This document shows, piece after piece, positions 1 to 11,536 of a stretch of DNA of 64,000 bases. The notes under the pieces are model-generated. The model did no database searches. It had not been told where the DNA came from and was given only the letters and a program-made list of their open reading frames with translations. Position 1 is the stretch's first letter, and the number at the start of each line of letters is the position of its first letter. A program made the position numbers and the translations under genes. Source of the stretch: Octopus vulgaris (Eukaryota); NCBI GenBank assembly GCA_951406725.2, contig OX597839.1, positions 8,246,001 through 8,310,000 of the forward strand, written 5' to 3'.

Positions 1-915
1 GATGAAAGGCAAAGTCGACTTCGGCGTAATTTGAACACAGAACGTAACGGCAGACGAAATACGGCTAAGCATTTCGCTCGGCGTGCTAACGTTTCTGCCA
101 GCTCGCCGCCTTTATTCACATGATCTACAACGGCAGGGTACCAAGGGAAAGAGCAGCATTTCAGAAACAGAAAGGCAACTGGGGGCGGGAGCAATATTTT
201 AAAAAATTCACCCACACAGCCACCAACACCAAGTAAGGAAAATAAGACAAAAGCACCAAACGGACACACAGACACAAAAGAAACACAACAGGGTGGAAAC
301 ACAAGGAAACAGATTTATTTAGTAGCATACTGGAAAAATTCAAAAATATAAAAGAAAATCACAAAACTGAGTAAAAAATATGTTTTTTTACTACCCACAA
401 GAAGCTAAACACAAGGGGACAAACAAGGACAGACAAAGGGATTAAGTCGATTATATCGACCCCAGTGTGTAACTGGTACTTATTTAATCGACCCCGAAAG
501 GATGAAAGGCAAAGTCGACCTCGGCGGAATTTGAACTCAGAACGTAACGGCAGACGAAATACGTATTTCTTTACTACCCACAAGGGGCTAAACACAGAGG
601 AGACAAACAAGGACAGACAAACGGATTAAGTCAATTATATCGACCCCAGTGCGTAAGTGGTACTTATTTAATCGACCCCGAAAGGATGAAAGGCAAAGTC
701 GACCTCGGCGGAATTTGAACTCAAAACGTAACGGCAGACGAAATACGTATTTCTTTACAACCCACAAGGGGCTAAACACAGCGGGGACAAACAAGGACAG
801 ACAAACGGATTAAGTCGATTACATCGACCCCAGTGCGTAAATGGTACTTAATTTATCGACCCCGAAAGGATGAAAGGCAAAGTCAACCTCAGCGGAATTT
901 GAACCCAGAACGTAA
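1..915 (-). mobile_element. SINE family A (Meta-like central domain): one head-containing copy (1-110) plus a tandem array of three ~183-bp units (~385-915)
   Basis: Reverse complement of GGCGGCGAGCTGGCAGAA...GTTCTGAGTTCAAATTCCGCCGAGGTCGACTTTGCCTTTCATCCTTTCGGGGTCGAT...AAGTACCAG. Unit landmarks fall at 391, 574 and 758. Confidence 0.85.
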
Positions 916-1274
916 GAACTGAGTAATATAACCAAGGTAAAAATAATGAGGGTTGCGAGGAGAACAAAAAATGCATATTAACAGATAAGGAAGACTACAG
1001 AATACTGAAAGAGACATTTCCTTTAGAGGTAGACCTATTGGGGCAGGAAGTGAAATGCGAACTCCGGTCCATTGTGGTGAAATATGAAAAAAATATCAAA
1101 TAGAACATTTTATGGTAAGGAAAATTTTCATTAAAAATATCTGTAATTTTTATTGGTTGGAAAAAAAACAGGAAAAATTGTTTGTATAAACACTGAAATA
1201 ACGTAATGACACTAGGGGTGGGGCCGGGGTGCTCGTCTCATTTTCATTGTAAATATTACATTTTCATTTATGTT

Positions 1275-1980
1275 TTACGTTCTGAGTTCAAATTCCGCCG
1301 AGGTCGACTTTGCCTTTCAAACTTTCGGGGTCGATTAAATAAGTACCAGTTATGCACTGGGATCGATATAATCGACTTAATCCGTTTGTCTGTCTTTGAT
1401 TGTCCTCTCTGTGGGCAGTAAAGAAATAGGTATTTCGTCTGCCATTACGTTCTGAGTTCAAATTCCGTCGCGGTCGACTTTGCCTTTCATCCTTTCGGGG
1501 TCGATAAATAAAGTACCAGTTTCGCACTGGGGTCGATGTAATCGACTTAATCTCTTTGTCTGTCCTTGTTTGTCCACTCTGTGCTTATCCCTTTGTGGGT
1601 AATAAAGAAATAGGTATTTCGTCTGTCCTTACGTTATGAGTTCAAATTCCGCCGAGGTCGACTTTGTCTTTCAAACTTTCGGGGTCGATTAAATAAGTAC
1701 CAGTTACGCACTGGGGTCGATGTAATCGACTTAATCTCTTTGTCTGTCCTCGTTTGTCCACTCTGTGTTTATCTCCTTGTGGGTAATAAAGAAATAGGTA
1801 TTTCGTCTGTCCTTACGTTATGAGTTCAAATTCCGCCGAGGTCGACTTTAGCTTTCATCATTTCGGGGTCGATTAAATAAGTACCAGTTACGCACTGGGG
1901 TCGATGTAATCGACTTAATCTCTTTGTCTGTCCTCGTTTGTCCACTCTATGTTTAGCCCCTTCTGGACAATAAAGAAATA
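1275..1980 (+). mobile_element. SINE family A tandem array (four head-less units)
   Basis: Four repeats of TACGTT(C/A)TGAGTTCAAATTCCG...TAAAGAAATA, joined by GGTATTTCGTCTG. Confidence 0.85.
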
Positions 1981-2711
1981 TATTAACTCTTTGTCTTTCT
2001 TGAAAGAAACACTAGTTATTCTTGACGTATTTACATATACACATACAACGGTTTTCTTTCAGTTTACGTCTACGAAATTTATTCAGAAGCCATGGGCTGG
2101 GCCAGGATTTTAGTAGCCGACACTTCCCCAAAGTACTGCGTAGTGGGACTGAACCCGAAAACTTGTAGTTGCCAAGCGAGCTTACACATATGGTCACTCT
2201 TATAACTCACTGACCGGGTTGTTCACTTGATCGAATAGCTGAAATATTCATCTTTAAAACCGTCGAAAATTCATACTTTTACGATTTGATTTTGTGACAA
2301 ACAGCGGATATCAAAACCTTTATATTCGATAGTAGATGACAGTAATAGAACAGCTTAACCTCTTACGAAATTATTGGTGATCTTTATTTGATATGGTATG
2401 ATATAGTATTGTTTATTATAAGTTGAGTATGTAACGTTCATTTCATGGGGTTTCAGGTCAGCTTCGATGGCCACGACACTCGCTCTCAGCAGGAGAACTT
2501 GTAAAAACTTTTAAGTTCTGGATATGTGTGTGCAAATTCACAAGGTGACCAATACACATAGAGGGACACAATGGCTATAAGTTCTACACTCGCGGTTACT
2601 TCGCAGCATTCTAAAAGCCTCAGTGCAAAATTATCCCGATATACATAGCCACATGATACAAACCAGGTACGTTGAAAACATTTGTTATGATATATAATTC
2701 ATTATTTATTT

Positions 2712-3020
2712 ATTTATTACACATATTGTTCTTGTTTGTTCCTTCTCGAGCCATGCCTGGCTCATTAGGGCCGGTTTCCCGGTTTCCTTGGCGTATAGGT
2801 TCCCCACCTGGACGGGACGCCGGTCCGCCGCAAGATGCAGGAGGAAAGAGTGAGAGAAAGTTGTGGCGAAAGAGTCAGCAGAGGTTCGCCATTACCTTCT
2901 GCCGGAGCCGCGTGGAACTTAGGTGTTTCGCTCATAAACACACACATCGCCCGGTCTGGGATTCGAACCCGCGATCCCTCAACCGCGAGGTCCGCAACTC
3001 TAACCACTAGGCCATGTGCC
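2712..3020 (-). mobile_element. tRNA-derived SINE family C head joined to the tail also used by family D
   Basis: Minus strand has a tRNA-like head (TGGCCTAGTGGTTAGAG...GGTTCGAATCCC). The tail CGTCCCGTCCAGGTGGGG...GAAACCGGGAAACC...CGAGAAGGAAC matches ~44105-44186. Confidence 0.75.
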
Positions 3021-3087
3021 CCAACATTTATTAAACATATTTACTGTTTATTATTAAACATATTTGTTATTTATTATAAGCAGATTA

Positions 3088-3487
3088 GGATCTTTTCGGT
3101 TTGAACGGCAGTTTTTTCTAGCGGTGTCATATGAAATTGTCACCCATAATTATGACCCTAGTATCGATCTATTGCATTTCAATCTGTTTTAGGTTAGGGG
3201 TGAGGGGAAGGGTATCTTTTTTCTTCACAAATGTACGTAAACCCAATCTGTTTCTGAAACGAGGGACATATTCATATGGCACAGAATGTTTTTTTGCATC
3301 AACAGAGGTCATTGATTGGTTGAAATTGAAGAAAAAAACAACAAATATCTTACAAACTATAGAATTTTCTCAATAAAGCGAAGAGAAAAAGATGCTTTAT
3401 AAACACATTCTACCAGTATACTAAATTTAAAATTTTTTAGTTACCTAAAAATGATATTAAAAACTGCCGTTCAAACCGAAAAGATCC
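3088..3487. mobile_element. ~400-bp MITE with GGATCTTTTCGGTTTGAACGGCAG terminal inverted repeats (TIRs), Merlin-like, copy 1
   Basis: TIR at both ends; same interior as four other copies. TSD not recognisable in this copy. Confidence 0.85.
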
Positions 3488-3554
3488 CAATAATATAGTT
3501 TTATATATATTATATATTTTTATACATTATTTACATTTGACGGATATTTGTCCT

Positions 3555-3598
3555 CACAACGTTTCGGCTGATATACCCTCCATCCTTCATCAGGTGTC
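3555..3598 (-). ncRNA. Minimal type-I hammerhead ribozyme (inverted copy, one stem II mismatch)
   Basis: Minus strand: GACAC-CUGAUGA-A-GGAUG..CAGCC-GAAAC-GUU-GUG. Confidence 0.6.
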
Positions 3599-3659
3599 TT
3601 GGGGAAATTTCCAACCTGGGATCTCATTCTTAAGGTATTTTCGATGTTGTTGTTGTTAA

Positions 3660-3713
<54 letters not shown>

Positions 3714-3778
3714 GGGCACTGCTTGGAATCGAACTCGGAATCTTTAAGAATGAGATCCCAGGTTGGAAATTTCCCCAA

Positions 3779-3824
3779 GACACCTGATGAAGGCTGGAGG
3801 GTATATCAGCCGAAACGTTGTGTT
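3779..3824 (+). ncRNA. Minimal type-I hammerhead ribozyme
   Basis: GACAC-CUGAUGA-A-GGCUG(gagggtatat)CAGCC-GAAAC-GUU-GUGUU. Stem I GACAC/GUGUU, 5-bp stem II, palindromic AACGUU stem III. Confidence 0.75.
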
Positions 3825-4044
3825 GACAGCAAACAAGATGAGGACAAATATCTGTCAAATGTAAATAATGTGCGTAACTCCTCATCTCTTAAATATAGAA
3901 CTATATATTGTTATATATCCGAAAAGCGGGATGGACGCTTTGATTTTGTTTTGGTGCCTCGCTCTGTCGTACACGACTATGAGGATTTGCATCCCCAACA
4001 TAAAACTTATAATGTAATACATGTCCTTGAAGTAGTAATTGTAC

Positions 4045-4131
4045 GCGGCTGAAGAAGGCTATAGACACACATTTACATCAATTATGCATTGTTATAAACC
4101 GTCTAATAAAGCCCCGAAACATATGTACCGC
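4045..4131 (+). ncRNA. Type-I hammerhead ribozyme with long stem II
   Basis: GCGG-CUGAAGA-AGGCU-AUAGAC...GUCUA..AGCCCC-GAAAC-AUAU-GUA-CCGC. Stem I is perfect (GCGG/CCGC); stem III is the palindrome ACAUAUGU. Confidence 0.7.
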
Positions 4132-4187
4132 TAAATCCTTTGCATCATGTTTTTATTTTGATAAATATATTGTTTTATATATATATA

Positions 4188-4783
4188 TTCTTTTACTTGT
4201 TTCGCTCATTTTACTACGGCCATGCTGGAGCAATGCCTTGAAGAGTTTTAGTCGAACAAATTGGCTCCAGGACTCATTTTGTAAGCCTAGTATTTATTCC
4301 ATCGGTTTCTTCTACCGAACTGCTAAGTTACGGAGATGTAAGCTCAGCAGCACCCGTTCTCAAGCGGGAGAACAAACACAGGCATAAAACACACACACAC
4401 ATATATATATTCTTTTATTCTTTTAGTTGTTTCAGTCATTTGACTGCGGCCATGCTGGAGCACAGAGGTGGAGTGAGCCGTCGTTCAATCGTTCACTTCC
4501 CGAGGGCCCGGTGCTCTGAAGGGATCGTACTCTACATGTTAATTCTACTAAAACACACATTCAAAGGGGCCCGTTAAACAGTTATTTTCGAGTGCCCTTA
4601 AATACTCTTAGTCTGCCCCTACTGGAGCACCACCTTCAGTCGAACAAATAGACCCCAGGACTTATTCTTCGTAAGCCTAGTACTTATTATATCTGTCTCT
4701 TTTGCTGAACCACTAAGTTCCAGGGACGTAAACACACCAGCATCGGTTGGCAAGCGATGTTGGGGGAACAAATACAGACTCAA

Positions 4784-4832
<49 letters not shown>

Positions 4833-5170
4833 TGTGTGAGTGTGGGTGTTCGATGTGCTTCTTTCACTTTCCGTCTACCACATCCATTCACAAGTCTTTG
4901 GTCGGCCCGAAGTTATAATGTGTGTGTGCGTGTGTGTGTGTGCATGTGTGTTTGTATATACATATGTGTATGTATGCATGTATGTATAAACGTATATATT
5001 TGTATGTATATACGACGTGCTTCTTTCAGTTTCCCCTTTACCAAATCCACTCTCAAGGCTTTGGTCGGCTGGAAGCTATACAAGAACATACTTGACCAAG
5101 GTGCCTCGCAATGGGACTGAACCCGGTAGCATGTGGTTGGGAAGCAAGCTTATTGCCACGCCTGCACCCA
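4188..5170 (-). mobile_element. SINE family B copies (one partial, one interrupted by a small insertion and microsatellites)
   Basis: TTTTACTTGTTTCAGTCATTTGACTGCGGCCATGCTGGAGCA at the 3' end. CTTTCAGTTTCC...CCAAATCCACTC...GGGACTGAACCCGG near the tRNA-like head. Confidence 0.75.
4463..4621. mobile_element. Small hAT-like MITE inserted in a SINE-B
   Basis: 8-bp direct repeat CTGGAGCA at 4455-4462 and 4622-4629. Degenerate termini CAGAGGTGGA / TCTGCCCCTA. Confidence 0.55.
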
Positions 5171-5677
5171 AGTCACATATCAATTATTATTAAACATATT
5201 TATTATCTATCATTAGTTGATTATATGACTCTGATTTTACAGAACTTGACGGCAGCATTCGTTGGCTAGGACGATCGCCCTCAGCAGGAGGACCTGTTAA
5301 AACTTTTATTCAATCCTAGCTAAGTGTCCGAAAATGTTTTATATAATATAAAATTCTGTTGTTCACAAGGTGGTCAATACACAGAGAGGGACAGAGTGAT
5401 ATTAGGCTCAACATTCGCTCTTACTTCTCAGCATCCTGAAAGCTTGAATGCAAAATTATCCATATATATATATATACATATATATAACCACATGATAGAA
5501 ACCAGGTACGCTGTAGAGACTTATGGAAGAACAGTGGGGGGTAGAACCTGTCACCATTAATACCAGACATCATTTACAACCCAACATAATTCTAGAATAA
5601 AATCAGAAAATAACACCACCGCCACTACCACCGCCAGACCCCATCATGAGTAAGCCACAACACACGCGACACTTCAT

Positions 5678-6096
5678 CGTACACACATACATACACACAC
5701 ATACATACATGCATACATACATACACACACACACATACATGCATACACACATACATACATACATACATACATACATACACACATACATTCATACATACAT
5801 ACACACATATATACACACATACATACACACACATACATACACACATACATACACACACATACATACACACATACATACATACACACACATACATACACAC
5901 ATACATACACACACACATACATACACACATACATACATACACGCATACACATACATTCATACATACATACACACATACATACATACATACATACATAGAT
6001 ACACACATACATATATGCACACATACATACACACATACATACATACACACATACACATACATACATACACACACACATACATTCATACATACATAC

Positions 6097-6127
<31 letters not shown>

Positions 6128-6175
6128 TACATACATACATACACACACACATACATACATACACACACACACACG
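5678..6175. repeat. Compound (TACA)n/(CA)n microsatellite
   Basis: Direct reading of the sequence. Confidence 0.95.
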
Positions 6176-6555
6176 TGTGCGTGCGTAAACGTGTCACAAA
6201 AACCCCACGATAATGCCCGCGACGCGTCTGCATTGCAAGCATTTCAAACGGATGACGACGTCGAGTGGGTCTTCAAAACGTTAATAGACTTCGAAAAGTT
6301 ATTTGTCAGGATTAAACATAAAAGGACAAATAAGAAATCGTGAAAATACCTTACATAAAACGATTAAAATCGAACACAGTTGCGTCATCAAAACAAATAT
6401 GTCTAGAAGAAAAGATGTTACTCGTTTATGCCCAACCGCGCCCACCCCATACATGTTCGTGTTTATGTATATACGCATGCTTCTACGTAAGAATCAACGC
6501 TCGCAGACATATATATATATATATATATATTATTACGCAGCCATATATATTATAT

Positions 6556-6605
<50 letters not shown>

Positions 6606-6861
6606 GTATACTTACATATATGTGTGTACATACGCACGCACACATACATATGTGGCGTGTCTGTGTACAAATATATGCATATAAATGGATATACATATTT
6701 AAATACATATACGTATACAGATATACACCCACACACACGCATATATATATATATATATATATGTGTGTATATATATGTATATATATATGTGTATATATAT
6801 TTATGTGTATATATATGTGTGTATATATATATGTGTGTGTATGTATGTATATATATATTTG

Positions 6862-6895
<34 letters not shown>

Positions 6896-7283
6896 TATGC
6901 ATATATGCTTAGTCTAACCCACTTTTAATCATACATTACGTAACACTGCAGACTTAACTCCTTCCATCCATGATCCTCTCGTTCCACTTCAGCTGAGAGC
7001 AATATGTTATTTTATTTATTTACTGAAAGAAAAAAAAAAATCCCGCTATAAAGGAAAACTAAGGAAAAGAACAAAATGTTTAGCGGAGCAGGACGGAATG
7101 TGAACACAGCCAGCGGGATTTGATCTTTTATATTAATATGACATAAAATATATTAAGGAAAATATATAAACTGACATAAGCAAATACACGAAAAGGACAA
7201 GAGAGAGACAGAGGCAAATATAAATATGGTGACAGAACGAGATGAGATGAAGTCATATATCCACACAAAAAGCACACAACTCA

Positions 7284-7323
<40 letters not shown>

Positions 7324-7398
7324 TACACAGATGTAAATATAGAGGTGTGATGACGCAAGCATGTAAGTAAAATTCAAAACATGAGCATACACACACAC

Positions 7399-7434
<36 letters not shown>

Positions 7435-7632
7435 GTGTGTATATATATATATTTTTATATATATATATAGGCGCAGGTGTGGCTTTGTGGTAAGAAGTTT
7501 CCCTACCAAACTTAGTGTTTTGAGTTCAGTCCTACTGCGTCGCACCTTGGGAAAGTGTCCTTTACCATAGCTTCGGTTCGATCAAATCCTTGTGAGTAGA
7601 TTTGGTAGACGGAAACTGAAAGAAACACGTCA

Positions 7633-7672
<40 letters not shown>

Positions 7673-7676
<4 letters not shown>

Positions 7677-7756
7677 TGATGATTGCTCAACATTTTAAAA
7701 CTGTTGTAGTACTTACAATATTTAACAAAATGATGTAGCGTGAAACGATCGTACCA
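7673..7756 (+). ncRNA. Type-I hammerhead ribozyme with long stem II
   Basis: UGG-CUGAUGA-UUGCU..CAUUUU..UGUUGUA(gtact)UACAAUA..AAAAUG..AGCGU-GAAAC-GAUC-GUA-CCA. Stem III palindrome ACGAUCGU; stem I UGG/CCA. Confidence 0.7.
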
Positions 7757-7796
7757 AATTACCGAAGTTATTCTTGTTGCTTATACTCTCTCTCTC

Positions 7797-8001
7797 TTTA
7801 CTCTTTTACTTGTTTCAGTTATTTGACTGCAGCCATGCTGGAGCGCCGCCTTTAGTCAAGCAAATCGACCCCGGGACTTATTCTTTGTAAGCCCAGTACG
7901 TATTCTATCGGTCTCTTTTGCCGAACCGCTAAGTGACGGAGACGTAAACACATCTGCATCGGTTGTCAAGTAATGCTAGGGGGACAAACACAGACACACA
8001 A

Positions 8002-8056
<55 letters not shown>

Positions 8057-8208
8057 CATATATACGACAGGCTTCTTTCAGTTTCCGTCTACCAAATCCA
8101 CTCACAAGGCATTGGTCGGCCCGGGGCTATAGCAGAAGCCACTTGCCCAAGATGCCACGCAGTGGGACTGAACCAGGAACCATGTGGTTGGTTAAAGCTA
8201 CTTACCAC

Positions 8209-8210
<2 letters not shown>
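7797..8210 (-). mobile_element. SINE family B, near full length
   Basis: Same sequence as 23523-23975 in reverse orientation, with an internal (TA)n/(CA)n tract. Confidence 0.85.
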
Positions 8211-8244
<34 letters not shown>

Positions 8245-8569
8245 ATCGTTATTTCAATATCGAACGTATCAAGTGGCAACCATGGGAATAAAAACCTTCA
8301 AAGGTAATAATTATTATTAAAATCAAAATTTAGGGTATTTAAGGGATACCAACACGCTTAAAATAGCAGCCAAAATTTGACTCTAATACCACATTAAAAG
8401 TTCAAAACTTTTAGATAGATAGATAGATAGATATATAGATAGATAGATAGTGGCGAAGCTCCAGCATGGCCTCAGTCAATTGGCTGAAACAAATAAAAGA
8501 ACGATGCGTATGTTTGTGTCCGTGTTTCTCCATTTTGACAACCGGATGCACAGAAGGACTGTCCGGGTT

Positions 8570-8945
8570 TAGTACAAAGCCAGAAGTGGGTGTAAAAGCC
8601 TCGAAAACCGACTCAGGATTTTCCAGCTTCCTGACGGGTACCGACTGGTTTTCGCTAATGTGCCACTGTGGACATGGAGCAATCACAACGGATCATCCAG
8701 ATCGAATTTAGAGATAGAGTATATGTTAGGTCGGAGGATAGGGATACCATAGGTTGTCCACATTTTAAATTGGCGGCTACACTGATCACAAATTTGTGAT
8801 ATGCATATTCGATTTAAATAGGACTCGTAGGCAGGGACCCGTTAACTGAAAGCTGAATATGTGCCTACCGGCTCGCAAAGATTACCGGGACCGGATTAGC
8901 GAACTAGTTAAGCGGCAGTTGAAGAGAGTGATTAAAGTAGAATCG
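8570..8945 (+). pseudogene. Decayed apurinic-like endonuclease fragment of an L1/Tx1-type LINE ORF2
   Basis: Across frameshifts it reads NVPLWTWSN...DRVYVR...CPHF...GYTDHKFV...GPVN*KLN, matching the TW, DR, SDH and WKLN motifs in order. Confidence 0.65.
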
Positions 8946-9107
8946 ATAGCACAGTTCTATATTTAAGAGATGAAGAATTATGTGCATTATTTACATTTAA
9001 CGGTTTTTTGTCCTCATGTTTTTGTTGTTAAAACATTTCGGCTGATATTCATTAGGTGTCTTGGGGAAATTTCGAACCTGGGTTCTCAATCCAATATTTA
9101 CAGGCTA

Positions 9108-9485
9108 GTGGAGGCGCAATGGCCCAGTGGTTAAGGCAGCGGACTCGCGGTCATAGGATCGCGGTTTCGATTCCCAGACCGGGCGTTGTGAGTGTTTATT
9201 GAGCGAAAACACCTAAAAGCTCCACGAGGCTCCGGCAGGGGATGGTGGTGATCCCTGCTGTACTCTTTCACCACAACTTTATCTCACTCTTACTTCCTGT
9301 TTCTGTTGTACCTGTATTTCAAAGGGCCGGCCTTGTCACTCTCTGTGTCACGCCGAATATCCCCGAGGGTACACGTGTCTGTGGAGTGCTCAGCCACTTA
9401 CAGGTTAATTTCACGAGCAAGCTGTTCCGTTGATTCGGATAAACCGGAACCCTCGTCGTCGTAACCGACGGAGTGCTTCCACCCC
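9108..9485 (+). mobile_element. tRNA-derived SINE family C, full length with TSD
   Basis: A/B-box head TGGCCCAGTGGTTAAGG...GTTTCGATTCCC. 12-bp TSD ATTTACAGGCTA at 9096-9107 and 9486-9497. Confidence 0.85.
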
Positions 9486-9669
9486 ATTTACAGGCTATTG
9501 TTTTTAGTCATATGTGTGTGTTTCGAGATATGACATTCCAAAAATGAATTATTTCAAGATCTCTTGAACGTTTATAAAATTTTCATGACGTAGATCGTGA
9601 AAATGCATGTCAGAGTAAGTCTTTATATGATTTTACATGTATATTTATATTGACGAGTGTTTTGATCTG

Positions 9670-10197
9670 GGATCTTTTCGGTTTGAACGGCAGTTTTTTC
9701 TAGCAGTGTCATATGAAATTGTCACCCATAATTATGACCCTAGTATCGATCTATTGCATTTCAATGTGTTTAAGGTTAGAGTGGGGGAAGGTATCTTTTT
9801 TCTTCAGAATGTAATAAACCCAATATGTTTCTTAAACGAAGGACATATTCATCAAGTTCTCTCAACAGACGTCATTGATTTTAGGGTTAGGAGGGTGGGG
9901 GAAGGGTATCTTTTTTTACTTCACAAATGTAAATAAACCCAATCTGTTTCTTAAACGAGGGACATATTCATACGGCACAGAATGTTTTTTTTACCTCAAC
10001 AGACGTCATTGATTGTTTGAAATTGCAGAAATTGAAGAAAAAAAAAACAACAAATATCTTACAAACTATAGAATTTTCTCAATAAAGCCAAGAGAAAAAG
10101 ATGTTTTATAAACACATTCTACCAGTATACGAAGTTTAAAAGTGTTTAGTTACGTGGAAATTATTTTAAAAAACTGCCGTTCAAACCGAAAAGATCC
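9670..10197. mobile_element. Merlin-like MITE copy 2, with an internal tandem duplication
   Basis: Both TIRs present. The internal segment from the TTAGGG-like motif to GACGTCATTGATT occurs twice. Confidence 0.85.
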
Positions 10198-11157
10198 GAG
10201 GCACAGTGAAACTCGGGTGTATGCATCGACAGTTCAACCAACATGCAAACTCAACCGCATATTTACAAACACCGGGAACTCTCTGAACTCAAAAAGTCTT
10301 GTCGCTTCCTTAGCAACCGACTTGGCTGATATTTTCTTTCTTTCTCTTAATTGCTGTTTAGCAGTTTTGGGTTTGGTTGTCATTCACTGCTGCATCAAAC
10401 ACCACTTCCGTTACGTAGTTGTTATGGACTTCCGCCAAGTGACAGGTAAGAGTCGTTTCTTTTTACTTTTAGTTTTTGGCAGCGACGAATTCTTTAATTT
10501 CTTTGCAGCACATGGCGTTTCATTATCTTATACGTAGAATAATTTTCTTACGATCTATTTGTTTTTTAAAATATCCAATGCTTATAATTTCAGGTGTATA
10601 TGTTATTTTAAATTCCATACATACATATATATATCTATAAATTTAAGCGTGTGTTTATTCTATAAATTTAAGTACAGCTTGTATTGTTCTCAAGAAACAT
10701 TAAAACGATATATTTCAGTTTCTTTGTAATTATGACGTTTTATTTATGTTAAAATTTGAGTTAGTTTTTCCCATGTCTCTTTTATATGGGGTGGAGGTGC
10801 ACAATGAGGGGTTTTTAAATGCATTTTTTGGACTTGAGAAAATATATTTTACGTTCATTACCTTACAAAAACTATATCAGGTAAGTAAATGACTTTCTCT
10901 AATTACATTAAAAACGTTATACCATAATCTAAACATGATTTATTACCGTCCCCTTTGAACATATAAAAAAGTAATTTAGCTGGGGCAAAATGAGTAAGAC
11001 AGGGTAAATTTGCCTCTTCCATTCTTCAGAGTTAAATTTGAAAATATTCTCATACGCATCGATATCCATCCATTGACATCAGGAAGATCTGAAATGCAAG
11101 AAAAACAAATTTAAATATCTAGGTGAAATATAAGAAGCTCATAGAAAATTGGCATAC

Positions 11158-11536
11158 TCTTTTACTTGTTTCAGTCATATGACTGTGGCCATGCTGGAGC
11201 ACCGCCTTTAGTCGATCAAATCGACCCCCAGGACTTGTTCTTTGGAAGCCTAGTACTTATTCTATCGGATCTCTTTTTTGCCGAACAGCTAAGTTACGTG
11301 GACGTAAACACACCAGCATCGATTGTCAAGCGATGTTCGGGGGGACAAACACAGACACACACACACACACATATATATATATACACGACTGGCTTCTTTC
11401 AGTTTCCGTCTACCAAATCCACTCACAAGGCTTTGGTCGGCCCGAGGTTATAGTAGAAGACACTTGCCCAAGTTGCCACGCAGTGGGACTGAACCCGGAA
11501 CCATGTGGTTCGTAAGCAAGCTACTTACCACACAGC
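11158..11536 (-). mobile_element. SINE family B
   Basis: Matches the other family B copies. Confidence 0.85.

Larger units (their letters stand above)
3490..3908. mobile_element. Inverted pair of Penelope-type pseudo-LTR (pLTR) segments flanking an (ATT)n spacer
   Basis: ~3524-3634 is the reverse complement of ~3744-3871. Each arm carries a hammerhead core. A third, degenerate copy lies at ~8955-9090 (-). Confidence 0.7.

Noticed and set aside
930-1105. Peptide ELRSIVVKYEK resembling the ORF1 C-terminal KAIVV motif
   Set aside because: The similarity is too short and the frame is broken; it cannot be supported without a search.
5603-6928. Long ORFs rich in Y/I/H/T/C/V/M (also near 16000, 33000, 36500, 47300-51400, 53000 and 62000)
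   Set aside because: They are translations of stop-poor microsatellites with no protein-like complexity.
9108-9185. tRNA genes at SINE heads (also 12206, 38845 and 43951)
   Set aside because: The A/B boxes continue into SINE bodies, two copies have TSDs, and I could not form a proper cloverleaf acceptor stem.
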